NCBI GenBank assembly: GCA_020348925.1
Contig: CP070758.1
Span: 3,673,688-3,737,687 of the forward strand
Direction of reading: 5' to 3'
Source of the DNA: Gemmatimonadota bacterium
GTDB lineage: Bacteria > JBHIER01 > G020348925
Length of the DNA stretch: 64,000 bases
Numbering within the stretch: position 1 is the stretch's first letter; every line of letters starts with the position of its first letter. Below are positions 48,541-59,512 of this stretch, piece by piece. The position numbers and the translations under genes were made by a program. The notes under the pieces are model-generated. The model made no database searches, was not told the DNA's origin, and worked only from the letters and a program-made list of their open reading frames with translations.

Positions 48541-49152
48541 ATGAAACAGCTTCTCACGGAACGGCAGAAGGCGGTCCTCGAGTACGTCTCCCGGTGTATC
48601 CGGGAGCAGGGGTATCAGCCCACCATGCGGGAGATCGGCGACCATTTCGGCATCCGCTCCACGCACGGCGTGCATCGCCATCTCGACGCTCTCGAACGGA
48701 AGGGGTACCTGAGGCGTGAAGGGGGTCGATCCAGGGCCATCCGCCTGGTCGATCATCCCCTGATCCGGACGTTAGAGCTTCCTATCGTCGGGCGAGTGGC
48801 GGCAGGTGAGCCCAACCTGGCCCTGGAGGATATTGAGGGGACCATCAGCCTTGACAGGCAGTGGGTGAACGGCGATGACTGCTTTCTCCTCCGGGTCAAA
48901 GGTGACAGTATGATCGGCGCCGGCATCCGCCCCGGCGATCTGGTGGTGGTCAGACCGCAGCCGATGGTGGAGAACGGGCAAATTGCCGTGGTCCTCATCG
49001 AGGGTGAGGCGACGGTGAAGCGATTTTACAGGGAGCAGGGGCGCGTCCGCCTGGAGCCGGAGAACCCGGACATGGAGCCGACCATCCTCTCGTGCCGGAC
49101 CGAGAGTGTCTCCGTGATTGGCAAAGTGATCGGGCTTTACCGGGAGATGTGA
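48541..49152 (+). CDS. lexA: LexA repressor
   Basis: LTERQ, PTMREI, VAAG cleavage site, GDSM, ATVKRF; GGAGGT RBS. Confidence 0.96.
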   Translation: MKQLLTERQKAVLEYVSRCIREQGYQPTMREIGDHFGIRSTHGVHRHLDALERKGYLRREGGRSRAIRLVDHPLIRTLELPIVGRVAAGEPNLALEDIEGTISLDRQWVNGDDCFLLRVKGDSMIGAGIRPGDLVVVRPQPMVENGQIAVVLIEGEATVKRFYREQGRVRLEPENPDMEPTILSCRTESVSVIGKVIGLYREM

Positions 49153-49257
49153 AACTCGAGAGGCATAAGAGGGGCAGAAAAGGGCTTGAGAAGGTAGGAG
49201 AAGGCAGAACAAGGCGGAAGCAAGAAGGAAGAGAAGAGGAGGACGGAAGGAGGATTT

Positions 49258-50487
49258 ATGCCCAAGCAGTTGCGTCGATGGATCGTCCACGTCGATGTCG
49301 ATGCTTTTTTCGCCTCTGTGGAGCAGGTGCTCCGGCCGGAGCTGATGGGCAAGCCCGTCATCGTCGGCGGCGTGCCGGAGATCCGGGGGTGCGTCTGCTC
49401 GGCTTCGTATGACGCCCGGGCCCTGGGGGTGAGGGTGGGCATGTCGCTGCGGCAGGCCCAGAAGCTCTGCCCGGATGCGGTCTTTGTGCCGGGACGGTTC
49501 GCCGATTACGACCGGTTTTCGCGGCAGTTGTACAGCTTGCTGTGCACCTTCACGCCCGAGGTGGAGGCCGCTTCCATCGACGACATGTACCTCGACCTGA
49601 CGGGCTGCGAGCGGCTCTACGGGGAGATCGGGCGGACTGCTTCGAGCATACAGGAGAGAACGCTCCAGGAGTTGGGTCTCGGCATCTCGGTGGGCGTTGG
49701 CTCCAGCAAGGTGGTGGCCCGGGTCGCCTCCGGCCTTCGGAAACCGAAGGGGCGGGTGGTGGTGCCGCACGGCCGCGAGGAGCTCTTCTTATCCCCTTTG
49801 CCCCTGTCGGCGTTGCCGGGTATCGGGCGACCGACGGAGCGGCGGCTCCATGAGTTCGGCATTCGCACCATCGGTGAGCTGGCCGTCCTGCCCAAGGAGT
49901 TGTTGCTTCGGACCTTCGGGAGCATCGGCGGCCTGCTCCACGAGCGAGCCCGGGGCCTCGACGGGCGCGTCTTGGTCCGGACTCGCACGCCCAAATCCAT
50001 CTCCCGGGAGACGACCTTCGAGCAGGACACCGTTGACAGGGCCTTCATCCGCTCCGTGCTCAAGTATCTGTGCGAGCGGGTGGGTATGGCGCTGCGTCGT
50101 CTCGGTCGACAATGCCGGACGATCACGAGCAAAATTCGATACGGCGATTTCGGACAGATCGTCCGATCCCGGACGCTCCCCGTCCCGACGAACGACGATG
50201 TGACCCTCTTCCGGGAGGTGCTGGCGCTCTTCTCCCAAATACACACCCGCAAGGTGGCCGTGCGCCTCGTCGGGGTCTCGGCCAGCGGTCTCATCACCGT
50301 CGGCCGACAGAGCGATCTTCTCGACCTGAACGGTGACAAGAGAGGCAGGATCAACGACGGCATCGACCGGATTCGAAGCAAGTACGGGTTCAACGCCATC
50401 GACTACGGTGACATCATGCAACTGCGCCGGTTCTACTCCGAGGACGAGGAGGGCCTGAGGTTGAAGACGCCCTCACTGTCGCGGTGA
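49258..50487 (+). CDS. dinB: Y-family DNA polymerase IV-like
   Basis: HVDVDAFFASVE, ASYDAR, SIDDMYLD, LPGIG, KSISRETTF, VRLVGV, clamp-like QSDLL. Confidence 0.88.
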   Translation: MPKQLRRWIVHVDVDAFFASVEQVLRPELMGKPVIVGGVPEIRGCVCSASYDARALGVRVGMSLRQAQKLCPDAVFVPGRFADYDRFSRQLYSLLCTFTPEVEAASIDDMYLDLTGCERLYGEIGRTASSIQERTLQELGLGISVGVGSSKVVARVASGLRKPKGRVVVPHGREELFLSPLPLSALPGIGRPTERRLHEFGIRTIGELAVLPKELLLRTFGSIGGLLHERARGLDGRVLVRTRTPKSISRETTFEQDTVDRAFIRSVLKYLCERVGMALRRLGRQCRTITSKIRYGDFGQIVRSRTLPVPTNDDVTLFREVLALFSQIHTRKVAVRLVGVSASGLITVGRQSDLLDLNGDKRGRINDGIDRIRSKYGFNAIDYGDIMQLRRFYSEDEEGLRLKTPSLSR

Positions 50488-50576
50488 AATTTTGTGTAGT
50501 AAGTCCATGAACCCTCTCCCCCGCGTTTCGTAGCTCACTACGAACAGGTCTCGAATATCCAAACAGTGAGGTATCC

Positions 50577-53500
50577 ATGTCCTTCACACATCTCCACTGC
50601 CATTCCAACTTCAGCCTCCTGGACGGGGCGGCGAGCATCGACCGGCTCATTGAAGCGGCACAACGCTTCAAGATGCAGGCTCTGGCGATCACGGACCACA
50701 ACGCCCTCTACGCGGGTGTCGAGTTTTACCGGGCAGCCATGGGCCAGGGCATCAAACCGATCCTCGGGGCCGAGGTGATCGTTGCGGGCGGGGGCCATCT
50801 CGTCCTTCTGGCGAGGGATTGGGAGGGGTACGGTAACCTCTGTCGGATCATCACTGAGGCACACCTGAACGGGGGGGGAAAGGAACCGGCAGCACCCCCG
50901 GGGGCTCTGGCGAGATACGCCCGAGGACTCGTTTGTCTTTCAGGATGCCGGCGGGGCGAGATACCGAACCTGCTCCTGAGGGGCGAGACGGAGAAGGCCG
51001 AGGAGATCGCCGCACGGTACAGTGACATCTTCGGGCCTGGAAATTTTTTCATCGAGCTCCAGTGGACGGCGGAGCTGAGTCAGCGGAGGCTCCTCCGCCG
51101 TCTCGTCCGGTTGGCCGGGAGACGCCGACTGCCACTGGTCGCCACGAACAACGTCCATTTTCTCAAACCGGAGGATTACCTCGTCCACCGCACTCTGGCC
51201 TCGATCCGGACCCTGAAGACGCTGAGCGACGCAGTCCCGGGCGAGGTCGCGGACAAGGCCTTTTTCTTGAAATCGGAGGCGGAGATGGAGGCCGTCTTGG
51301 GGGAGATCCCGGAAGCCCTGGCAAACACGGTGAAGATCGCAGGGCGGTGCGAACTGAACCTTCCCTCCGGGGAGCCGATCTTTCCAGGATGTGACGTTCC
51401 TCCGGGGGAGCAAGCCTCCTCGTACCTGCGGAGGCTTGCTTCGAAGGGATTGGCGGAGCGCTACCGAACCGTGACGGGGGACCTGACCGAGCGCCTGGAC
51501 TACGAGCTGAAGATCATCCATCGGATGGGATTTACCGAATACTTTCTCATCGTCTGGGACATCGTCCGGTTTGCCCGGTCGAAAACCATTCCGGCCGTGG
51601 GCCGGGGCTCGGCGGCTTGCAGTCTCGTGGCCTACGCCCTGGGTATCACCGACGCCGATCCCATGCGCTACAACCTGTCCTTCGAGCGGTTCCTCAACCC
51701 TTTCCGGAGCGATCCGCCGGACATCGATCTCGATCTGTGCTGGCGGGGGAGGGACGAGGTGCTGGCGTACGTTTACGAGAAGTACGGTCGCGACAGGGTG
51801 GCCATGATCTGCACCTACGCCACGCTGCGGCTCCGGAGCGCCTTCAGGGAGGTGGCCAAAGTATTCGGGTTGCCGCCATCGGAGATCAACACCCTGGCCA
51901 AACGATTGCCCTCTTTTGGCGTCTCGAAGCTGGACGATGCCATGGGCCGCATTCCCGAATGCCGGGATATTCCCATCGATCAGGAGCCGTACAGGATCAT
52001 TTTTCGCATCAGTGAAAAAATCACCGGTTTTCCCAGGCATCTGGGCATCCACTGCGGCGGCATCGTCATCGGCCGCGAGCCTTTGCCCACCTGGGTTCCC
52101 CTGGAGCGGGCCACAAAGGGAATTGTTGTCACACAGTACGACATGCGCGCCATCGAGGCGCTGGGCCTCGTCAAAATCGATCTGTTGGGACAACGGGCGC
52201 TGACCATTGTGGCCGACACGGTGCGCATGGTGGAGGAGAATTACGGGAGGAGGGTCGACGTGGACCGTCTCCCCGAGGGGGAGGAGAAGACGGCGGCTCT
52301 CATCCGCCAGGGGTTCACGATGGGCTGTTTTCAGATCGAGTCGCCCGGCATGCGGAACCTTCTGCAGCAGATAGAGGCCGAGACGCCTGAGGATGTGATC
52401 GTGGCTCTGTCGCTCATTCGGCCGGGACCGGCCGAGGCGGGCATGAAGGAGCAGTTCGTCCGGTATCGCCGAGGATTGGAGAGGGTGTCCTACCTTCATC
52501 CGAAGATGGAGGAAATTCTGGGAGACACATACGGAATCATGCTCTATCAGGAGGACATCCTCAAGGTGGCCAGTGGAGTGGCCGGTCTCAGTCTGGCTGA
52601 GGCCGACGGACTGCGGCGGGCTGTGACGAAGAGGCGGTCGCCGGAGGAGATGGCTAAGCACAGAAAGGGGTTCATGGTCGGGGCCCGCCGCAGCGGAATC
52701 CCGCAGGCGGTTTCGGAGTCGATCTGGCTCCGGATGGCCAACTTCTCCGCCTACTCCTTCTGCAAGGCCCATGCCGCTACCTACGGGCGCATCGCCTACC
52801 GGTGCTGCTATCTGAAAGCTCACTACCCGGCGGAGTTTCTGGCGGCCGTCCTGACCAACCGGGCCGGCTACTACCCGGCCTCGGCTTACGTTGAGGAGGC
52901 CAGGCGATGGGGCGTAGCGATCCTTGCTCCTGATGTGAACCGGAGCCGGGAGGAGTACACCGCGAGAGAAAACATCTTGCAAATAGGGCTCATGCGGGTG
53001 AAGGATCTGACGGCAAGATCGTTGAGATCCATCTTGAGGCAGAGGGCGCATGCTCCCTTCGGGGCCCTCGACGACTTCTGCCGGCGGGTCGATATCGGTC
53101 GGTCGGAGGTGGAGAACCTTATCAAATGCGGGAGTATGGATGGGTTCGGCAGAACACGGCCGGAACTGCTGTGGGAGCTGAGCCTCATCTTCGAGGGGAT
53201 CCTCGAGGAGAAGAAAAAGGCGGCCGAAGCGACCCTTTTCTCCGTGCCCGAGACATTCAGGATGCCAACGACCGTCCCGAAAATCCCGGATTATCCGGAC
53301 TCTCAAAAAGTGTCCATGGAGCAGGATATCCTGAGTCTGGCTGTCACCTGCCACCCTCTCGCCTTGTATCGGCAAACCCTTGGGAAGGAGGGAATTTTGC
53401 CCAGCACGGATCTGCCTGCTTATGCCGACAGGCGGGTAAAGGTGGCCGGCCGGCTCATTACCTCCCGGCGAGCCAGGACAGCCGGTGGGAAACTCATGAA

Positions 53501-53792
53501 ATTTCTCACTCTGGAGGACGTTCATGGGACCTTCGAGGTCGTCCTTTTTCCCGATGCCTATCAGAGACACGGGGCGAGACTTTTCTCCGAGGGACCGTTC
53601 CTTATTCGAGGAACGGTGAGATGTCAGAACGGAAGCGCGGTCCTGATTGGAGAGGACATCCGAAGCTTGAGGGATATTGTTGCATGTGTGGGGCATTCAC
53701 GTGACGGCACCGGACCCTCGGTCTTCCAGAGGAGACCGGTCTCTCCGGATCGGAATACGGCACTACAGAGATGGCTTTTTGAAAAAAATTGA
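50577..53792 (+). CDS. dnaE2: DNA polymerase III alpha, error-prone DnaE2-like
   Basis: HLHCHSNFSLLDG, GRGSAA, PPDIDLD, FQIESPG, FCKAHA, OB-fold FLTLED; follows lexA and dinB. Confidence 0.88.
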   Translation: MSFTHLHCHSNFSLLDGAASIDRLIEAAQRFKMQALAITDHNALYAGVEFYRAAMGQGIKPILGAEVIVAGGGHLVLLARDWEGYGNLCRIITEAHLNGGGKEPAAPPGALARYARGLVCLSGCRRGEIPNLLLRGETEKAEEIAARYSDIFGPGNFFIELQWTAELSQRRLLRRLVRLAGRRRLPLVATNNVHFLKPEDYLVHRTLASIRTLKTLSDAVPGEVADKAFFLKSEAEMEAVLGEIPEALANTVKIAGRCELNLPSGEPIFPGCDVPPGEQASSYLRRLASKGLAERYRTVTGDLTERLDYELKIIHRMGFTEYFLIVWDIVRFARSKTIPAVGRGSAACSLVAYALGITDADPMRYNLSFERFLNPFRSDPPDIDLDLCWRGRDEVLAYVYEKYGRDRVAMICTYATLRLRSAFREVAKVFGLPPSEINTLAKRLPSFGVSKLDDAMGRIPECRDIPIDQEPYRIIFRISEKITGFPRHLGIHCGGIVIGREPLPTWVPLERATKGIVVTQYDMRAIEALGLVKIDLLGQRALTIVADTVRMVEENYGRRVDVDRLPEGEEKTAALIRQGFTMGCFQIESPGMRNLLQQIEAETPEDVIVALSLIRPGPAEAGMKEQFVRYRRGLERVSYLHPKMEEILGDTYGIMLYQEDILKVASGVAGLSLAEADGLRRAVTKRRSPEEMAKHRKGFMVGARRSGIPQAVSESIWLRMANFSAYSFCKAHAATYGRIAYRCCYLKAHYPAEFLAAVLTNRAGYYPASAYVEEARRWGVAILAPDVNRSREEYTARENILQIGLMRVKDLTARSLRSILRQRAHAPFGALDDFCRRVDIGRSEVENLIKCGSMDGFGRTRPELLWELSLIFEGILEEKKKAAEATLFSVPETFRMPTTVPKIPDYPDSQKVSMEQDILSLAVTCHPLALYRQTLGKEGILPSTDLPAYADRRVKVAGRLITSRRARTAGGKLMKFLTLEDVHGTFEVVLFPDAYQRHGARLFSEGPFLIRGTVRCQNGSAVLIGEDIRSLRDIVACVGHSRDGTGPSVFQRRPVSPDRNTALQRWLFEKN

Positions 53793-53817
53793 CAAGATGG
53801 TAAAAATGTCGTATATT
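53789..53817 (+). promoter_or_regulatory. Sigma70-type promoter
   Basis: TTGACA-N17-TATATT, about 530 bp upstream of the first C25 gene. Confidence 0.62.
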
Positions 53818-54351
53818 GATTTTTCGCCTTCGGGAGAGGGCAACGGAAGAGGTCTTTTCTCGAGTTTCCATCGAGCGAGAACAGTCTGTTATGCTTTAGT
53901 AGGGAGGAGGATATACCCTGGGTTGAAGATGTCATGATGACACTGAGTGGATTCTGTGTTCGTCGTAAGTATGCATCACCAAAAAAAGACTGCAAGGACC
54001 TTCCTCTTTTGCAGTGCAATTCCATGCACCCTTCTTCTTTAGGACTGGCTTTCAAGGCCGCACCTTTTGAGAGACCGCCCTCTTTTTCTATACCCGAGTG
54101 AGATAAAGAGCTTTCCCGGAATTTCTATCGGCAGGATTTTTGCAGTTCGTTCGAAATTGTGGGTGTGAGGGGGAGAGGACATAAGTGTTCTGTGCAATTT
54201 GGGGACGATCAGTTTCCCAGTTGGATTTGGCGAAGGGTTTTTTCTTCGAATGTGCGGGTTTTCTGAAACTTGCGCGATTTTTTTATGTCCAATTCTTTTA
54301 AAGGTTTTGTGAAAGACCTTCACTGATCTTACGGGATACAAGGGGAGAATT

Positions 54352-57300
54352 ATGATGCTGTTGAAACGGGGTGTATGTCTACTTTTGGGCTTGCTGTTCA
54401 TTTTCACCTACCGCTTTGACTCGAAGGCCGAATTTCTGTCTCAGGAGGATGGCGCGAAGTTTTCGTTTGTGGCTTCCGATGATATGGGAGCAGAGGTCCT
54501 GATAGCGTTTCGTGAACCTGAGATTGAGGCGATCCTCGAAGGGGATGAAATTTTTCACAAGGTACGGATGTCCCGGGCTGGTTGGTCGACGGAGCCCGGC
54601 CGGCCGGAGTTGCCCGTTCTGGCCAGACTGGTGGCAGTACCGGCCGGTATCTCCGTGGAGGTGGAGGCCGGACAGGGGGAGTTTACGATCCTGAGAGATA
54701 TACGGGTGCGTTCCAGTCAGGAGGCCGATGTTGCGAGACGGGAGAGGACGGTCATTGATGAAGGGCTGTCTGGTTCGGATGAATTGTATCCTGAAAATGT
54801 TGTGGAGGTGGAAACGCCGGTGCGAATGGGGAGGCTTCGCCTGGTCCCGCTTATTGTGCATCCGGTTCAGTATAATCCGGTTCGTGGAGAGCTCAAGGTG
54901 TATCGGAGCCTAGCGATAACATTGCGATACAGTGAGGCAAGTGGCTCAGGGGTTGGTGATCGTGATGGCCTTGCCCGATCGGAAGCATTCGAGGATTTAT
55001 ACAGGAGCTCGGTGGTCAATTACAGGAGTGTGGAATCGGCAGGGGTCCGTGGGGGATATCTTTTTGTGACCCCTGACGAGTATTACGAGGCGTTGGAGCC
55101 TCTTGTCGAGTGGAAACGGCAGAAAGGCTATCACACGGATGTGCTGCGGTTGTCGCAGCTCGGGTCGAATCCTGACAACAACCGGATACGGAATTCTATC
55201 CGAAACCATTATGCCAACACGCCGGTTCCCCTTGAATATGTTGTTCTTATCGGTGATGTCGAGGTACTGCCGACATTCTTTTACCAGGATGAGATGGAGA
55301 CGGGGAGGGGTTGGGATGCCGCCGATCATCCGTACAGCATGCTGGAGGGGAATGATTATTTCCCCGACGCGTTCGTAGGACGGCTGTCGGTAGCCTCCGT
55401 GAGCCAATTGCATAATGTCGTCAATAAAATTGTATCCTACGAGAGAGATCCGTACATGGTCCAATCGGACTGGTACAAAAGGGCCCTCATGGTGTGCAAC
55501 TACGAGGGCAATGCATCCGCCCGGACGACGAAACTCTGGGTGCGAGAGAAGCTTCTCAATAGCGGCTATACCGATGTGCCCACGTCCTTCTCGTTCGCGA
55601 ATTTTGAAAGCGACATCGGGTTCATTGAAAGTGTCGTGAATTCAGGCGTGTCGTTTATCAACTACCGGGGTGTTCTCGACTGGGGCGGGTGGACGTCTCC
55701 GGATCACTATTATAACATCCTCGGATTACAGAATGGATTCATGCTTCCCGTGGTTACCGACATGGTCTGCCGGGCGGCGGCCTTTTATGATGATTGCCCG
55801 GCCGAGGCGTGGTTGCGGGCCGGGACGGTCATGAGTCCGAGGGGGGGCGTTGCCGTCGTCGGTCCTTCCGCCGTCAATACCAAAGTCTATTTCAATAATG
55901 TGATGGACTGCGGTTTCTATTCCGGTGTCTTTGACGATTCGCTTTCCTCGGTGGGACAAGCTTTGGCCCGAGCAAAAATGGAGCTGTATATGCAGTACCC
56001 GCTGAACCGGGGACCGGGTCACGCCTGGAATTCTGTGGAGTGTTATTTTCACATGTACACCTTGATCGGAGATCCGGGGCTTCACATGTGGACCGATATC
56101 CCACGTTATTTTACGGTCGAACATCCATCTGTGATCGAGGTCGGATCGAGTGTTTTGGGAGTGAGGGTGAAAGATTTGGGAAATCTTCCCACTGCGGGAG
56201 CCTATGTCTGTTTAACGCGTGGCGATGAGATTCTTTCAGGAGAATATACGGGGTCGGATGGTTGGGTTCATCTGCCCCTTTCCGTGGGGGTCGGTGATTT
56301 TGTGACCCTGACGGTGACAAAGCCGAATTTCAAACCATATCAGGCTGTTATGGTCGGTCGGGAGGTTTCGGTTTCCGTGGTTCTTTCGGACTATGGGATC
56401 GATGATGATGCTTCGGGCGGGAGTACGGGAGATGGTGATGGTCGCTCCAATCCCGGCGAACGCTTGGAGTTGTCTCTCTTGCTGGAGAACGTGGCGAGCG
56501 GTGGTGCTGCGGATTCGGTCTCCTGTGTGGTGGAGAGTGATGATCCGTATGTAGTCGTTCATCAGCCCGTGGTGGATTTTGGGAATATTGAGCCGGGGGA
56601 AAGTGTGTGGGGTCGGGAACCATGCGTTCTTTCGATCTCCTCGGATTGTCCTGACAGACAAGAGGTTGCCTTGACGTTGGAGATTGTTGATGGTGACGAA
56701 CGCAGGTGGAGGAACTTCTTGGGCCTTGCGGTTGAGGCCCCAGATTTTGTTCTGTCCGATGTTCAGATTGAAGATTCCGATCAGCTGTTCCCCAACGGGC
56801 GGCTCGATCCTGGCGAAACCGTCCAAGTGGGGGTTGTTCTAACCAATACCGGCGGGAAATCTGGAGACAATGTCTGGGCCGTTCTCAGGACGGCCGACCC
56901 GAGGATCACCATCATCGATTCCACAGCGACCTTCGGTACTCTTCCCGTCGGAGGGGAAGGAACTACGACGGATGATCCCCTTGTGATAAGAGCGGATTTG
57001 AGAACCTTCACCGGCCATCGGGTTCAATTCAGCCTGGTGTGTGAGAGCGGTTCGGGTATGATCGATACAGTCGGGGTGGCACTCACAACAGGAATCCCCT
57101 CCTCATCAGATCCTGTAGGGCCTGACTCGTACGGTTATTTCGCTTACGATAACACTGATTGGCGTTATTATGACAAACCCACGTACGATTGGGTGGAAAT
57201 TGATCCTTCCTACGGTGGTTCCGGGTCTGTGGGGTGGCTCGTTGATCAGCCCGCACCCGAGGATCTCGTATGGATTGATTATCCCCAGGGGGACACGCGT

Positions 57301-59415
57301 GTCTTAACGCTCCCCTTTTCCTTTCGATATTACGGGAGGACGTTCGATCAGATCTCCGTCTGTTCCAACGGGTGGCTCTCCCTGGGATCGACCTGGATGA
57401 CTGACTTTCGGAACTGGTCCATTCCGGCGATTCTCAACCCACCGAACATTATTGCCCCCTTCTGGGATGATCTGTACATGGGGGGTGGGAGGGTCTTTAC
57501 CTATCATGATGTACCGGGCCACAGGTATATTGTAGAGTGGAGCCGAGTGCACAATGATTATGATGATGCACTGGAAACCTTTGAGGTCATATTACATGAT
57601 CCTGAGTATTATGAGACCGTGACCGGAGATGGGGAGATACTCTTTCAGTATCGGAATGTGAGCAACAGCGATTATGCGTGGAATTTTGCCACAGCGGGAA
57701 TTGAGTCGCCGGATAAAAAGGGTGGTGTGGAGTACACGTATGCGGGATTGTATCCGCCCGGGGCACTGGAATTGGGGGATGGAGCGGCGATCAAGTTTAC
57801 AACGGGGAAGGTGCTTCCGGATGGACCATATCTCAATTACTACGATTCCGAGATGGATGATGATGCTGTGGCCGGGAGTCAGGGGGATGGAGATGGGTTG
57901 GCGGATGCCGGTGAGCGTATTGAGCTGCACCTGCGGTTGATCAATTATGGTGAGAAAATGGCGGCGGAGGTGTCAGCAATCTTAAAGAGTGGGGACCCCA
58001 ACGCATTGATCCGGGACAGCGTCCAGACATTTTCCGATATCGGGCCTGGAGATGTGATCCTGGGCAATGGGCCGTTTCTCGTCGATATCGAGCCTGCGTG
58101 TGAGAACGGCCATATCATCCGATTCCTGGTGGAGACACGGACTGCAGGAGCCTACTGCTCCTCCACAAATTTTAATGTTGAGGTGGTCGCTCCTGTCATC
58201 GTATACAAGATCCATGGTGTCGAGGAAATTCAGGGTGATGGGGATGGAAGACCTGAGGCCGGGGAGACGAGTGCGTTGCGGATCACCCTTGAGAATGTTG
58301 GGCATGGTCAGGCAACCGGCGTCTGGGGCAGATTAACAACCGAGGATGTCCACATAACTCTGACCGATGATGCGGCAGATTTTCCGGACATTGCCGCCGC
58401 CGCGATCGGTACGAATCTGAGCGACCCTTTCGTTTTTACGCTCGATGACGAGATATCCCACCATCACGCCTCGTTCGAGCTGTCCGTCTTTTCGAACGGC
58501 GACCATTACAGCACTGTTCTGCAGTTCCGCATTGTCGTCGAACGGGCCCCTATTCTTCTTGTTGATGATGATGGTGGTGATACGCTTGAAACCTATTTTA
58601 CAGAGGCGCTGAGCGCTCAGGATTGGGGGTATGATTATTACGACAGACTCACCGAGGGCGGATTGGATACGTTTATGATCCGTGAGTACAAAACCCTGGT
58701 GTGGTTTGCTGGGAACGAGCGCGATTCGACCCTCACACCCTTCGATCAGGGGAGGCTGAAGGCGTTTCTCCACCGAGGAGGGAGCCTCTTTTTAACCGGC
58801 CAAGATATCGGTTATGATCTGGTTGAAGATGGTACTGCGGAGGATGCGGCCTTTTACCATGATTACCTGCGTGCGGACTATGTGATGGATGCTTCTGGAA
58901 TCGACATTTTAGTGGGGGTGCCGCAGGAGCATTTAATTGCCGGGGTCAGTCAGGCCAATTTTCTCGGCCTTGTCCACGGTGGTGCTGGAAACCAGAATTC
59001 CCCAAGCGTTATTGTTCCCCTCCCTGGAGCCAGCCCGGTGTATACGTATTCTACGACAAATGATGTTGCCGGGCTCAAGTATTACGGTGGGTATAAATTG
59101 GTTTACTTCGCCTTTGGATTTGAGGGGGTCGGTTGCTTTATAGGCCAGGATCATGCTGAGACGCGCGCACGATTGATGAGGAACATCACGGAGTGGTGTA
59201 TGTACGTGGGAGACAAGGGCGATGTCAATGGTGATGGCGTTTTCAACGTTCGTGATGTGATCATGACCGTTCAGATTAGCCATGGCTGTCTCAATCCATC
59301 GGTGAGACAATTGTGGGCAGCGGACAACAATGGTGACGGACAGATCAGTGTTGTAGATATTTTGGGGATCATTGACAAAATATTGACAAAGAGATACCTT
59401 GAAGTAACTCCATGA
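54352..59415 (+). CDS. C25 (gingipain-family) multidomain protein with propeptide, Ig-like repeats and C-terminal dockerin
   Basis: PGRPELP, PVQYNP, WKRQKG, GRLS, KIVSYE, LIGDP, GPDSYGY, APFWDDL, KGDVNGDG. Confidence 0.9.
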   Translation: MMLLKRGVCLLLGLLFIFTYRFDSKAEFLSQEDGAKFSFVASDDMGAEVLIAFREPEIEAILEGDEIFHKVRMSRAGWSTEPGRPELPVLARLVAVPAGISVEVEAGQGEFTILRDIRVRSSQEADVARRERTVIDEGLSGSDELYPENVVEVETPVRMGRLRLVPLIVHPVQYNPVRGELKVYRSLAITLRYSEASGSGVGDRDGLARSEAFEDLYRSSVVNYRSVESAGVRGGYLFVTPDEYYEALEPLVEWKRQKGYHTDVLRLSQLGSNPDNNRIRNSIRNHYANTPVPLEYVVLIGDVEVLPTFFYQDEMETGRGWDAADHPYSMLEGNDYFPDAFVGRLSVASVSQLHNVVNKIVSYERDPYMVQSDWYKRALMVCNYEGNASARTTKLWVREKLLNSGYTDVPTSFSFANFESDIGFIESVVNSGVSFINYRGVLDWGGWTSPDHYYNILGLQNGFMLPVVTDMVCRAAAFYDDCPAEAWLRAGTVMSPRGGVAVVGPSAVNTKVYFNNVMDCGFYSGVFDDSLSSVGQALARAKMELYMQYPLNRGPGHAWNSVECYFHMYTLIGDPGLHMWTDIPRYFTVEHPSVIEVGSSVLGVRVKDLGNLPTAGAYVCLTRGDEILSGEYTGSDGWVHLPLSVGVGDFVTLTVTKPNFKPYQAVMVGREVSVSVVLSDYGIDDDASGGSTGDGDGRSNPGERLELSLLLENVASGGAADSVSCVVESDDPYVVVHQPVVDFGNIEPGESVWGREPCVLSISSDCPDRQEVALTLEIVDGDERRWRNFLGLAVEAPDFVLSDVQIEDSDQLFPNGRLDPGETVQVGVVLTNTGGKSGDNVWAVLRTADPRITIIDSTATFGTLPVGGEGTTTDDPLVIRADLRTFTGHRVQFSLVCESGSGMIDTVGVALTTGIPSSSDPVGPDSYGYFAYDNTDWRYYDKPTYDWVEIDPSYGGSGSVGWLVDQPAPEDLVWIDYPQGDTRVLTLPFSFRYYGRTFDQISVCSNGWLSLGSTWMTDFRNWSIPAILNPPNIIAPFWDDLYMGGGRVFTYHDVPGHRYIVEWSRVHNDYDDALETFEVILHDPEYYETVTGDGEILFQYRNVSNSDYAWNFATAGIESPDKKGGVEYTYAGLYPPGALELGDGAAIKFTTGKVLPDGPYLNYYDSEMDDDAVAGSQGDGDGLADAGERIELHLRLINYGEKMAAEVSAILKSGDPNALIRDSVQTFSDIGPGDVILGNGPFLVDIEPACENGHIIRFLVETRTAGAYCSSTNFNVEVVAPVIVYKIHGVEEIQGDGDGRPEAGETSALRITLENVGHGQATGVWGRLTTEDVHITLTDDAADFPDIAAAAIGTNLSDPFVFTLDDEISHHHASFELSVFSNGDHYSTVLQFRIVVERAPILLVDDDGGDTLETYFTEALSAQDWGYDYYDRLTEGGLDTFMIREYKTLVWFAGNERDSTLTPFDQGRLKAFLHRGGSLFLTGQDIGYDLVEDGTAEDAAFYHDYLRADYVMDASGIDILVGVPQEHLIAGVSQANFLGLVHGGAGNQNSPSVIVPLPGASPVYTYSTTNDVAGLKYYGGYKLVYFAFGFEGVGCFIGQDHAETRARLMRNITEWCMYVGDKGDVNGDGVFNVRDVIMTVQISHGCLNPSVRQLWAADNNGDGQISVVDILGIIDKILTKRYLEVTP

Positions 59416-59512
59416 ATAAGACGGGAAGCCGTGTGTCTCGGATTGCGTTCCCGTAAGAACAAAGAATGGCTGTATCCACAGGCCCGTTTTCACAAGGGAG
59501 GGAAACATTGCC

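Noticed and set aside
50940-53696. 918-aa minus-strand ORF
   Set aside because: Antisense shadow of GC-rich dnaE2; no motifs
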